A stretch of DNA of 64,000 bases from Lama guanicoe (lineage: Eukaryota): assembly GCA_013239625.1 (NCBI GenBank), contig MU055488.1, forward strand, positions 9,275 through 73,274, in the 5' to 3' direction. Positions 11,833 to 24,690 of this stretch are shown here, in pieces (positions within the stretch are counted from its first letter, which is position 1; each line of letters starts with the position of its first letter). The position numbers and the translations under genes are program-made. The notes below the pieces were generated by a model, which was not told where the DNA came from, did no database searches, and saw only the letters and a list, made by a program, of their open reading frames with translations.

Positions 11833-14800
11833 CCCAGAGCTCTTTGAATCTTGTCCTGTCTCAGACCTGCAGGTGGGCCACCGAGGGAGGCAGGATCCCC
11901 CAGGATGCCCCCAGCACGTGGAGAAGCCCATTGTTCTGGCTGGGGAGGGTGGATGTCCAGCCATCCTGACTCTGGGCAGGTGCCCTCCTGCCTGAGCCCG
12001 GCCCTGGCAGTGGGGCCTGAAGCCGTGGAGGGAGGCAGGGAGCTGGCTCAGGGAGGAGGGGCAGATGGGGGCATCACTGTAGGGCAGGAACACAGGGCCC
12101 AGACTGAAACCCCCAGCCAGGTCACTCTCCCACTGGCAGCTCCCCTGCCTTTCCCTCCCCAGACCTTGGGGTGGGGGTGAGGGTGGGGTCAGGTCCTACA
12201 GTTCATGCAGGGGCTTATCTTGTGCAGCATCGAGCTGGGCCTCCTGGGGATACCTGCCCACAGAGAGTCCCCCAACAAGGAAGGGTCCTGGACCTCTCCC
12301 ACCCCCTCCCCCCCGGTGGCCTGTACCCTCCACAGTGTGGCCCCAGCTCCCACTCAGTCCCAGTCTTACCAGACTCTGCCGACCAGGTTCCTCCTGGACC
12401 CCTTTCAAGGCCCCGACAGGATCCTAACATGCGGGCAGGTGGAGGCCTGCTGCCACACCCCTCCACTGGCCCCAAAGTATGGGGTCTGAGGCCATCGGCC
12501 CCACTTGGGACCTCAAGTACTTTAGGAAGAAAACAGCCCGAAGTTTGTACCTTGACTAAGACCCCGGGTCTCTGCTTTGCAAATCCTGATTCCAGGTGCG
12601 CCAAGAAGGCCCCGGCCTTGGAGAACAGAGACCCCCAGAACTGTCCCGCAGCCCCCATTCACCTGCAGGTATGAATGCTCGTTGCACTGTTTCTTGGAGC
12701 CATGCTGAAGAAGTTACATTTTTGGCCCCAAACTTAAGACCTAGCTTCCCTGTTTAACGCTCTGGTCGGGCAGGGGGAGCTTTGCCAGGCCTGGGGACAC
12801 CTGCAGGGGCTGCCTGCCCACCTCCCACCTGGCAGTGCCTGCTGTCCTGTCAGCCTCCGGGGAGCCTCACAGTGACACCCCGAGAGCGTCACACACACAC
12901 ACGTGCACACTCACACGCTCTCACACCTCCGCACCGGCACCCACTCACAGCTGGGGGAAACCACCCAGCCTGCTGGGGCTCTGCCCGTCTCCCTGCATCC
13001 ACCGCCCAAAGCCCCGCCCCCTCCCCCTGCCCCCAGGACCCACCCCCAGCTGGGGGCTGGGATGGGAGATTCACGGAGGCCTGGTCTGGCTCAGGACCCA
13101 CCAGGCACGTGCCTGGCCCTCGGCAAGCTGGACCGCGGAGGCCCGGGGTGAGGGGTCGACCCGGGCGAGCGTGCGTGTGGCTGGAACAGACTCTGGGCAC
13201 CTGTCAAATGTGGCCAATTTATTGGGCAGTTACACGCCAAAAAACTCATCTGCTTAAACTGCAAGTAGTGACTTTCAAATGACAGAGCTGCACAGCTGTC
13301 ACCACCATCCAGTCTTGGGACATTCCTGAGTCAGGGAGCTCCGGAGAAGCTGGACCCGCAGGATGTGCACGGGGGCGCTCTGAAGGAAGTGGCTCAGCGC
13401 CTCATCCCCAGCCCCTGCATCCTCTTCCCTGAGTCGCCCCACCCTCCACACCCCTCAGCTCCTACAGCAGAAAGGTGGAGTGGGGATGGTGTCCTAGGCA
13501 AGCGGGGGGCCTGGGACCAGGACAGTGGTGGCCAGCTCCCAGCAGGGAAGGAATGAATGGATGGATGACCCGTGTCCCTCCACCGGGGTCTCACTGCCGT
13601 CTCTTATTCTGCCTTGTCTTCCTGGAGGTGGGGGGGAGGGGGTTGGTGGGAGGTGAGAAGGAGCCAGAAGCCGGTGAGTTCACAGCCACATTCACAGGAG
13701 GCTGGGCATCCACGCTGGGGTGGCGAGTAATTGGGTGATCAATTTATCAGATGCAGGCACATTCCTGCCCCGCAGGCCAGTCAGTCTCCAGGAGACTCAG
13801 GCTTGGCTGGGACTGGCTGCTGACCCGTGGGCTCTTACAGGCCCAGGAGCGTGGCCTGGAGCAGTCCAGGAGCCTGTGCCCCCAGCCCCACCCTCCCACC
13901 CTCTGTGGGTCTTCAGCAAGGCTGGGGCTGGGGGGTAGGGCAGAGCGCAGCTCTCGCAAGGACTCACAGAGCGCGTGCCACCAGGCTACACGCCCAGGGC
14001 TGCTGCACTTTGTATAAATTATTTATCAACAAAGAATCGACACAGTCCAAAGCTTCTTCTACTCCTGGTTTTTCCAGGAGCTCAATCTTTGGGACTGACT
14101 TGCACCGACAACCAGTAGACACCACTGTTTACCTGCCCAGAGAGCTCTCTGCTTTAGTAGACCACCCTCACCAAATGGAGCTCTAGGGGTCGCTGCCTGG
14201 GATCGAGGGTGACTGCAGTGACAATGGCCCTGCCTGGGAGGGTGGCCCAGCCAGTTTGCAGAGACCTGAACTCTTCCCTGAGTCCACACCTGAGCATGCC
14301 CAGCTGACAGGTGTGCCTGGTCCGGGTCACCTGGAGGGCCAGCCTTGGGGGCAGGAGACACTGGGGCTCCTTTTCGCCATGGAGAAAGCAGTCAGCTCTC
14401 TCCCTCCCTTGCTCCTCCACCAGGCAAGAGAAATAGGGGGGCTCAGCCAGCAGAAGGTGGGAGCCCCCAACCTATGCAAGGGCCTGGGGGCAGCCAGAGT
14501 CTAGCCTGGGCCCCAGACACCCGCCAACCACCAAACCAGGAACCTGGGAGCCAAAGGGGCCACCTGCAAGAGCAGGTTTTTCCATTGGAATTCCAGATGG
14601 ATGATGCTCCGAGCAGAAAGCCTGGAGGCCGCCAACGGCCAGCAGCCAGGAGCCCCAGACGCTGGCCTTTTCCAGGCCGGCTGAGGGCCCAGCCCTAGTT
14701 CTGCTTGGGCTGGGTGAGGCCCCAGAGGGGAACCTTGTCCCCTGAGCTGCCCAGGGCAGGCGTCTGGGCTAGACGGCTCTGTCCTGCCACCTTCCCCCTC

Positions 14801-17103
14801 CTGGAGCTGTGGATACTGAGGCCTGAGTGCTGAGCCAGGTCAGAGCCGGGAGGTCACTGGGGAGGTCGGTAGCCTGAGGACTCCAGCCCGGTGTTCCAGC
14901 CCCTCCCTGCCCTCCCTCGGTGTGCAGATTCCCTGGCCCCCAGGTGGCCCCCTCGGCAAGCTCACCATTGGGTCATCTTTTTTAAAGAATTCTCTTATTC
15001 CTGCTCCACAGCAGAGGAACCAGGCCACCAGGGACCCACGGGGTGTGTCGAGTGGGGAGCACCTGCCCTCAGCTTGTGGTTCCTGCTGTCCTTTGCCCTC
15101 GGTGGCCTCGGGTACCCCACAGTGTGATTGAAAGCCCAGAGCCTAGTCTCACCCCAAAAATATGTGTCAGCATGAAATATTGAGGCTGCCTGGGCATCAG
15201 AGCTGCTGCCTTGGGCCAAGATTCCTCCCTGGGGCTGGGCGAGTCAGGGCTGGACCTGGGCCTGGGCCTGATGGGGTGGGGGACCTCCATCTCCACCCAT
15301 GGCCTCCCAACCCCCTCGGTCCCTCCCCTCATCCTGCTCCACCCCCCAGCCCATGGCAACTGGGCAGAGCTGGGGGGGACCATGTGAGCCCCACGACGTG
15401 CCAGGCTGGGCCACAGGAGCCGGGAGCCAGAAGACTTCTCCACCAGAGATGTGGCCAGGAGTTGGTCCCGGGGTGGGTGATTTAGGGGTAGCGGGAGGTG
15501 CTGAAGGAGCAACGTGAGCTGCGTGCCCACCTGACTGCGAGGTCGGGGCACCAACTGGGGCTTCATGGGCAGGTCCTGACCAGCTGAGGGGTCTGGGCCC
15601 CGCTCTGAGGGGTGTGTGCCTGAAGCCAGGCCAGAGGAAACACCCACCCACCTTGGACGTGAGGCCTCAGCCAGGGCTCTGAGGCGCAGGTGGGGCGTGG
15701 AGGGCAGGAGTCCACCAGGAACAGCGGCCACAGCCCCATCCGGCACTGACCACCCTGCTCTGCACGGCCCCCACCTCGCTGCCACGTCCCCCTCTCCCAC
15801 AAGAACTGTTAGCCTCGCAGCCCCTACCGGTAAGGGCCAGGGGAGGGGAGGCTGCCTGGGGTGGGCAGGGAGGACTGGCTGGGGGCCAGGGACCCTGGGA
15901 GGGGCAGCAGGGGTAAGCACGTGGCCCCCTCTTCTGGGGAGGAGGTCTTCGTCCAGGACCCACCCTGGTGTGCAGAGACCCCAGACGGTGCCCGCCTGCC
16001 TCCTCCTTCGTCCTCCCTCCCTCTTCCTCCTCCTGGCTTACTGGGATTTTCCAGGAATGGGCTCCTTCCTGAGGCCCCCCCAGTGGTCTGTTCTTTACTG
16101 AGGGGCATGGGAGGAGACAGGTGAAGGACTGCAGGCGCCGGCAACCCAGGGCTGGCCGGCAGGGGTGGGGCTCAAGTTGGAGCACCTGGCCAGGTGTGCG
16201 ACTGCAGCAAGGATCCGAGCCCCATCTGTGTGTCCACTGGGATGGGGGCTGGTACCCATAACCCCCACGCTGCAGTGGGAGAGGTGCCCTGCCCTTCCAG
16301 AGCCTGCGCTGGCCTTCTCGGGAATGGGGGATCACCTGCACCCCCAGTTCTGTTGAGATCTGCTTGGCCCCAAAGGTGCTGAGATGGAAGGAATGTTGCA
16401 TCACATGCACGCAGGACTCACATTGCTGGGCTGTTGGGTCCTCGGCCTCCAGTGTCCGGGACAAGCAGATGTGTCCCCAACCTCCTCGTCCCTGTGAGAC
16501 CGCTAGAAGGCATGGGAGGCGCTGGGACACTATGACTCCAGAGGGGAAATGAGCCGGTACCCGGCGAGGGCACCCGAGCAGGCACCACTACTCGGGGGCT
16601 GGGGGCCAGGACCGCTTCCTGATATCACGTGAGAAGAACGTGCAAGCCCACAAGACGCACTCAGGAGTCAGTGCTACTGGGGCGTGAGGGCGGGTGGGGG
16701 CAGGGCGGCTCGGTCGCCACTCCCGGTGTGAAGATCCTGCTGGAGGGGGAAGCACGGAGTGAAGCGGGCCTGGAATTAAGAGGTCAGGACTTGGGGTGCT
16801 GTTGGCCCGCCGGGAGGGCCCAAGTGGGAACCCCTCCTTCCAGCAGAGACCAACGCTCAGGCTCTTTGATTCAGACTAAACACTTTCTCTAGGAATTAAG
16901 TCCTCAGCAGAGGACATCCCAAGACGCCTACTTCTCCCGGGAGCAGACCGTGTCCGCCCCCGTGGGGACCCCCTGGCAGGACCAGGAGCCCACGTGGCCA
17001 TGGGTGCGTGCTCGGGGGGCCGCCGGTCACGTGCACAGGCGCCTCCTGGGCAGCATGCTGCTTCCCACTTTAAAAGAAAGGCATTCTTGCTTTTACCCGA
17101 ATC

Positions 17104-17109
17104 TTTATT
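17104..17109 (-). terminator. Candidate OGFOD3 poly(A) signal
   Basis: AATAAA on the - strand with a downstream U-rich tract, ~1.8 kb past the OGFOD3 stop. Confidence 0.4.
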
Positions 17110-18898
17110 TCTTTGTCCAAGTACCTCTGTGATTATTGTGAACAGGGTAAGTAGCAAAGAATGTCAATTAAAACCAACACCTTACTTACTTCCAAAGCAC
17201 GTCACCCACCACCCGATCATCAGACCCCCCTCCTTAGACGGGGAGTACCCGAGGCCGCCTGCCTGTCCTCAGACCCTCAGACCAGGGGAGGGCGTCATTC
17301 AGGTAACTCGAAGGTTATGAAACAAGGGGAGGCTTCCCGGGGCTTTCCTCTGTCAGAATTTGAAGCGTCCCAACCCTAGACCAGAGCCACAAACCTCTGA
17401 GAAGTCCAGACAGGAGAAGCCAGAGGACAACCCGGGGGTGGGGCAGCTTTTCCTGCGCAGGACGGAGGAGCCACTCCAACCTAGAGACATCCCTGAGCCA
17501 TCACCGACCTCAAAGGTCAGCCCTCCGGCTACCGGAGCCCGGCCTTCATCCTCCCCAAATGGACCCAAGTCCTTTAAAAACGGGAACCAGGACACAGGCT
17601 CCCGCGGCGAGGGGTGACCCGCCTTCCTGGAACCTGCTGCCGTGACCTGGGTGGAGCCCATCCCACACCACCGCCTGCCTTCACAGCCCTGAGGCCCGCA
17701 CATCGTTGCCCAGGGTGTAGGAGGGACCTTGAGCAAACCGCAGCACAGAGCTGGGGGCCCCGGCTTCCAGACCCTCGTGCAGCCTCAGGGGCCTCAGGAC
17801 GGCTCATCCCAGGACCCGTGACCGCCGCCCCTCTCTTCACAAGCCCCGAGCATCTCTGTGGCTGCAGACTGTGGTGGCCGAGGCTGCAGCCTCCTCCACC
17901 ACTGGGGGCACACGTGCACACGTCCACACGTCCACACATCCACACGTCCGTGCTGGGTCGGGGGGGCCCGGAGGGCCCGGCACCCACAGCCACACCTGGA
18001 GCTCTGTTTGCATGCACGGTGGGTGAGGGGTGATCAGCCCTCCTCCCAGGAGGTGCCCAAACTCCAGACCAGTTGCTTTGTGGGGCTGCCCTGGGACTGG
18101 CCTGGCCGTGGCAGGAGCTGACTGATGGATGTGCCCCTCTCCCTGGGCCTTGCTGTCCAGGCCTCCCCCAGGCTGGTCTATTTAATATTCCTGGCTCCCC
18201 TGACCATCACTTTTATGTGAAAGGTGGGGATGGCACTGGGACGAGAAGAGGGTGCCAAGATCTGAACCTGAGCAGACAGACCCTCAGCTGGGCAGTGGGC
18301 GGATGGCCGCTCTGGGAACAAATTTGGACCCCGGCTGGTGATGCGGCAGAGCCAGGCTGGCAGGAATACGGTGCCAGGCAGCTCTCGGGGGCTGGCAGCA
18401 CTGGCGGATGTGCCCGGACGTCCCCTCTGCTGGGAACCCAGCAGCACCAGCTCTCCCAGCCCTCCTGCTGCTGCTCTGAGAACCGCCTGACCCAGAACCT
18501 TCCCCAGGGTGTCAGGGTTGCTGGTTCTGCTTCCGTGAGCGGAGGCTGCTGGCCCTACCTGGCTCCATCCACACTCAGGTTGGTCCTCAGTGGCCAGGAT
18601 GACCCTCCATCTGCTGACGGGCAGGGCATCCCCCCGGGGCACAGGGGCTCTTCCTGAGGACGGAGGGCGTGGCGGCTGCTGGCTCCCAGCCCCGAGTTCG
18701 GCGCAGCAGGCAACCACTGATCTTGGGAGGATGAGCTGCTCCCCTCCATTTACTCTCAGATGAAAAATGACCGAATGTTAGCAAATCAAAACTTGGGGTG
18801 ATTTGTAAGGCACCTTGTTCGGTGGGAGCGGGCTGAGCGGGTGGGAGCGGGCGTGCCCACGGGAGCTGCTTCCCGGCGAGCGATGTGGGCAGGCCCGG

Positions 18899-19035
18899 CT
18901 ATGTGAGCGCGGGGTCTGCGATGCTGTGGTCGGGGTTGCAGGTGAAGGCGATGGTGATGGCGTAGCGCGTGCCCCAGCGGACCTTCTCCACCCGGTGCAG
19001 GTTCTCGGACCCCGAGGTGAAGAAGGACACCCGAC
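18899..19035 (-). CDS. OGFOD3: OGFOD3 coding exon 9 (last)
   Basis: ag|GRVSFFTSGSENLHRVEKVRWGTRYAITIAFTCNPDHSIADPALT*; contains the distal His and the conserved Arg; 137 nt. Confidence 0.95.
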
Positions 19036-20499
19036 CTGGGGAGAGGAGAGCAGAGGCAGGACCATCAGGCCGCGGCGGCCCCGGCCCTCCGAGGACACAG
19101 CAGTCCTAAGGAGCCGACAGAACAAACCTGGCGGGAAGGAGGGGGTCGGAGACGAACCAGCAGGCCAACTCTCGTGCAGGACAAGGGGCGCAGCGCCCAG
19201 TCCAGCCTGCCGAGCTCTCTGCAGGGCGGCCAGGACGCGGGGGGACGCCTCTGCTCACGGCCTTTCAGGGCCCACCTCAGGGTCTTATTTCTAATCACAC
19301 TAATCCCATGTGAAGCAAAACCGAACTCGGAAGGGTGATGATGCTTCAACGGTAACTCTGCCCACACGGCGGGAGCAAAGACAGACTCGTGACGTTCACA
19401 CGGGGGACGGCCCACCCAGCTGCAGAAACGTGAAACTTCCAGGCTCAGAAAGGGTGCTTTCTGGCTTCTCCCCTTCAGTAAACAACAATTAGATTATCAC
19501 CCGCTTCGTCAAAGCAGGATTTAGCTCGGCCACTTAGTAGCCAGAAATGCAAAGTAACCTCAGGTTTGGAACCCACGTGTCCTTTTCCTCTTCGGCAACA
19601 AGCATCCTTGGATGCCTCCCCGAAGCACGTGGCGTGTGACACCCAGGCTTCCCGCCAGCAGCTTCTCTGGCTCTTGGTCCATTCAATCCTTGGAGCTGCA
19701 GGCCGTCCTGAGCCCCCTGCCCACTGACCGGGCCCCGGGTCAGCCCCGCTTCCGGAGCTCACCCCCGAGGGAGGAGAGCCAAACCTGAGCTGTTTCATTC
19801 CCTTTCTATGCCTTCTGATGCCCAAGCCACCTTCTGTGGGGATCCAGGGCTACTGCAAGGACTGCCCACTGGCCTGCAGGACTGGCCCGTGGCCGATGGG
19901 AACGCTCTGAACCAGCATGAGTGGATGGCCTTGCTGGTGTGAGCTGTCTGCCGCCAGGTGGGAGGGGACACAGCAACGCACCCAAGGAGCCAGGGAGGTG
20001 ACACCGCGGGGATGGGTGAGCCGCGGCAGCAGGTGAATGGCGTCGGCTCATTCGAGGCGCCCAGGCCAAAGCCAAGGGGCAAGGCTCTGCGAGTCTCAGC
20101 TGGGGATGGGCTGAGGCCTGGGCGGCCCGTCAGGAAGCCCCCAGGAGTCCCCCCTCCACACTCCCCACCCCAGGACCCGGGGAGGAGAGGGGACATTTAT
20201 TGTTCCACACGTGCTCGCTGAGCAGCACTGAGTGTCCACTCTGGGACGGGGGCAGTTGGGGCTCTGGGACCACCAGGTAAGGGAGGCCAGTCCCTGTGCT
20301 GTTCCAACATTATTAGGTCAGAATCACCGCCCGGACTTAAGCTGCAAGTTGCTGCAGGGGATGGAGGGGAGGCCAGCTCTGGGAACTCGCTCTGTGGTGA
20401 CAGCAGTGACCGTGGCCACACCCGCCTCCTCCTGTGACGAGCAGGCTCGGTGGACACCCTGTAACGCAGCACCAGGGAAAGGCCCTGCCCACGCGTCAC

Positions 20500-20623
20500 C
20501 TGCTCTTGGCTCCACCGTCCTGTTGGCCCCCTCGTCCATGAACACGAACCGCCCGCCGCCAAAGTCGTCCAGGTAGTCGGAGAGGTACAGCAGTGAGGTG
20601 TAGTCAAAGGACCCATAGGTCAC
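20500..20623 (-). CDS. OGFOD3: OGFOD3 coding exon 8
   Basis: VTYGSFDYTSLLYLSDYLDDFGGGRFVFMDEGANRTVEPRA; AG/GT flanks; 124 nt. Confidence 0.95.
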
Positions 20624-23600
20624 CTGCGGGCAGAGCGCGAGGGCGCGTCACCGTCTCTGCTCACAGGAGCGTCTGCGCCTCAGGAACGGCCAGGGCCAGG
20701 CCACACGCTGCCCTCCTGACGGCAGGAAGCCCTCTGCGGAGCCCCGGCCATGCGGTCCTGTCCACTCCCCGCACAGCCCACAGGCGGTGACCCCAGGAGG
20801 CCATGCCGCCACCAAGCAACAGGCCCGTCCCGCGTCGGCACAGGGAGCCCTTCCTCCAGACGTGGGCCCCAAGCTCTCTTGTAAATTGTGGGAACACGCC
20901 AACCGTGCAGTGCACCCCTCTACCCACCGCCGAGCGCACAGCTCAGGGAAGCGCATTCACACTTGCGCAGCCAGCCCCGCGCACCATCACAACAGCTCGT
21001 CGTCCCCCAGGCTGACACCCTATCCCGTGAGACACTCGCTCCCCACCCCTAGTGCCCACCCTCATCCTGTCCGACCCTGTGAACGGGACCCTCCGGAGAC
21101 CCTGCTTCGGGGAGCCCGACACTGTCTGTCCTCTGCCGGGACGTCCTCCTGGAAGACGGCGGGGCAGTGCACAGCAGGGCCGGGAGATGAAACCTGAGTT
21201 CCGGGCTCGTCTGAGCTGGGCCGTCTGCACCTGAGTGTAACGTAAGCAGGGGGAGCCCCCGTTTGTTCCCTAAGAAGCCCTGGAAGTCGAGTGGGAAGGC
21301 GGCCGCAGGCAGGTGTCCCGTCTGCGGCTCAGGACTTCTTGTGGGTAAGGGATGTCCTGTGAGGAAGCTGTTCTCAACGGGAGGAGTTACAGTTTGTCTA
21401 AACACTGATTTCGATCTCTGAGGCGGGGTAAGCTGTCTACAACGTGCAAGGCAGGTGTTTCCAAGGGCGTCGTGCGAGAACTCGCACAAGTCGGCTCCTC
21501 GTTAATGAAGGGCACCCAGGAGATGGGCTCTCTTCTTCACGTGAAGACAGTGGCGTGCACCCGCACGGAGTTTCAATCGCGTAATAACATTTCCCAGCCT
21601 GATGAATCATCCAGTGAGCGAGTCCAGGGCAAGAGACAAAGTCCAGGACGCAGCCCTGAGTGTCTTCCCCCCGCGCCGCTGCACAGCCTGCCTCCCTCAC
21701 CTAAGCTGTCGGGTCTAGAAATATAGAGCCTTCAGCGACTTTATTGACACCTGGAGGCACCCTGGGAACTGGACACAGCGGCCCGAGGCCAATCTCCGCA
21801 GCGTGTTTGATCAAGGCTCACAACGTCCAAGACCCCTTCTCCTCCTGCACCCAGCTAGACCCCCATCACCATGACAACAGACGTCCCCTGGGGGGTGGGC
21901 TGACCAGAGGGAGGGGCAGCAAGCCGCCACAGGTCCGAGGCCCCCCGCACCCTCACATGAACCCAGTGCCACCGCCCACGGGGCTGGACCCTACGCAGCC
22001 CTGGCTCCCTCCATGCTCCCACCAAGACCCCATCTCGGGGCCCCTTATCCGGCCCCAAATACCTAAGGGACATAAACCTGAGAAGGGCCCGAGGGAGTGC
22101 TTCTGCATCGCTGCAGCGGTGAACCCATGTCCATGAGCTGCAGAAAACAGGGGAGACCGGTGGTGTCCAGGAACCTGACCCTCTCCCACCCACTCAGCTC
22201 AGATACGGCAAAGGAGCCCCCCACCCCCCACGTGAACACAGTGACTAGGCAGGTGGCGGGTTGACGAGCACTGAGGGGGGGCGGGGAAGGCAGAGGCCGG
22301 CGGGGCTCTACCATGTGGCTGTCCTGAGCCAGAGGCCAGAGGAATTCGTGGGCAAGGGGCAGATGCCCCTTCTGGGAGCCCCTCGTGCGGGGCCGCCTCC
22401 TTGCTGTGTCCAAGCGTGAGCGGCCCTCGGCTCTGACAGCTGCCCTGGCCCGCAGACCCTGTCCCGCGGCCGCCCCACGAGTCACTGCTGACTCGTTCTC
22501 TCTGCCCGAAGACCTTCTTCCTTATCTTTGAGGCTTAGCCACCGAACCAGGCTCCGTCCAGTGCCGTCGCTTCCTGGTACATGCAGGGCTGCCCTTCCTC
22601 TGCCGGGGGCTCCCTCCCTGTCTGCGGTGCATACCCACCTTTCCTCCACACACATCGTCTCTGCCCCCAACCCCATAAAACCTCGGTTTTCCCTCTGCAA
22701 TGTCCACATGACCTTACACCCACTGAAGTTCTCAGCCCTGGTCTCTTAATGAAACAGCGCATCTGGGCAACGGTTGTCGATGGAACTGGAGCTGTGTGGG
22801 GAGAGCAGCCGCAAGGCTGGGTTGTGAGCAGTGGATCAGCCCAAACCCCCGATCGACCTTAAGCCCAGAGCAGGGGGACAAGCAGACACGGGAGGCCCCG
22901 GGGTGATGCCCACACTTCCAGCCTGAGCCTCGTCAAGCCCCAGGTGGCTGCCTCAGTTGAAGTTAACTTCTGCAAACACCGGCTTCCTCGGCCTCATGGC
23001 CACGTGCGAGTGCTCCCCTCCTCCAGCGCACTCAGACATCGAGATGAAATAAACACAGAAGCATCTGACGAATCTCAGGCAGAAGCCCAGTCTGCCAGCT
23101 TCTGCCCAAACCCTCCTGGTTATTTTTCACTTCGCTTCCTTTGTTCCAGCCTCAAGAGACACGGGGACTGTCTGGGTCGCCTGCTGGGGTGACCGCCAAC
23201 AGCCCTCCGCCTTTCCCGGCAGCCAGCTCTCTGTGGGCGGAGCAGAGCTGGGCTTCAGCCCTGCTGGTCAGGGGCAGCGGATTAGGGCTCACTGTGTCCG
23301 GAGAACAGCGGGAGACGGGGAAGGGGAATCTGCAGAATCCTGAGCAGTTGAGAGACTGACACCCAAAAAAGGTGAGAAGTGGGGTGGGGGCCTCCTGGGG
23401 GATGCAGACCGGAGGAGAGACCACCCGACAGAAAGGCCGGTCCGGTGACGCCCAAGCAGCTCAGGCTTGGGGCCAGGGCGGGGGTGGGGGCAGGGCCGGC
23501 GGCTCTGTCTGGGAGCCATCAGCAGGGGGCGGCCCCAGGCCCGGCTGTTGCTAACGTTGCTCCTCTGCCTTCTCCGACCTCCGTCACGCGGGAAACGAAT

Positions 23601-23724
23601 GCTGCTTCCTCGACTGCATCACAACCAGAGCCCTGACGGCGCAAACACCGCGGAAGACGCCTGGAAACCCGGAGGGTGCTGGGCTGGGGCGGCAGGCGCG
23701 CCCGGCCATGCGGGGGGGCCTCAC

Positions 23725-23878
23725 CTTGTCCACGTGCGCGTGCCAGTACTCGTCGTGGGCCGTCCGGGCCGCCGTGCTGTTGATGCGGGAGAAGAAGGTG
23801 GGCTTTGTCAGGTACAGCGAGGACGCGCTGATGCCAAACGCCCGGGCGATCGCCAGCTGGACCTTCTGCCGCACGTCC
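23725..23878 (-). CDS. OGFOD3: OGFOD3 coding exon 7 (HxD motif)
   Basis: DVRQKVQLAIARAFGISASSLYLTKPTFFSRINSTAARTAHDEYWHAHVDK; 154 nt. Confidence 0.95.
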
Positions 23879-24469
23879 CTGCCGAGAGGAAACACCCGTC
23901 ACCCAGAGCTGCGCGGGGCTCCTCCACGGAGCCACACTGTGCTACGCCACAACGAGACCCAGGCTGGAGAAGCTGGAAAGGTGAACAGATGCACACACAG
24001 GTCTCGCACATGTGTGCCAGCGTCTCATGTGCACGCCCAGGAACCCGGGGCCAGTTCTCTGTAGAATGACCCCAGTACCAGGCCAGCTGGGCAGTGGCTG
24101 TGGGGACAGCAGGAGCATCAGGGGGTGGGGGGTTGGCCCTCTGCACACGGCCCATCCACTTCCAAGCCGTGTTGAGGCCTGGGTGGCCCAGCCCTGGGCA
24201 GAGGACTGCACAGCGCATGGTCAGGGCTGGGGCAGCAGCCTGACCCAGCAGAGGGGTGCTGGCCCATGGAGACCTGGCCCCTCCCTGGCCTGTCCAGAGC
24301 CTGGGCTCTCAGCCCGACTGTGGGCACAGATTACTGCATCAGCATCCGACCCTCCCTGGACTGCAGCCGACCCCCGGGGCCAGGCTCCTGGGAGCTGCAG
24401 GGAGCTGACTGCCCAGGAGGCCGGACGCAGGGAGCAGTGCTGGAAAGGGTAGCCGGGTCTCTCAGGTCC

Positions 24470-24690
24470 ACCTACATACCTCCCTACACACGGACACACT
24501 GGACACACATGCACACAAACCTCCCTGCACGCACTGTGCAAACCCACATACATCCACACACGTGCATGACACGTGCCTGCCTGCATGCGCACACCTGCAC
24601 GACGGTGCCGCGCTGCCACACACTCGTGCACAGATGTGTGCACTCACAGCACACCTGCAGGTACACCTACCCCGTGCACACGGACATGTA
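24470..24690. repeat. Degenerate CA/TG-rich low-complexity tract
   Basis: Repeated cacac/gcac/acat words. Confidence 0.6.
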
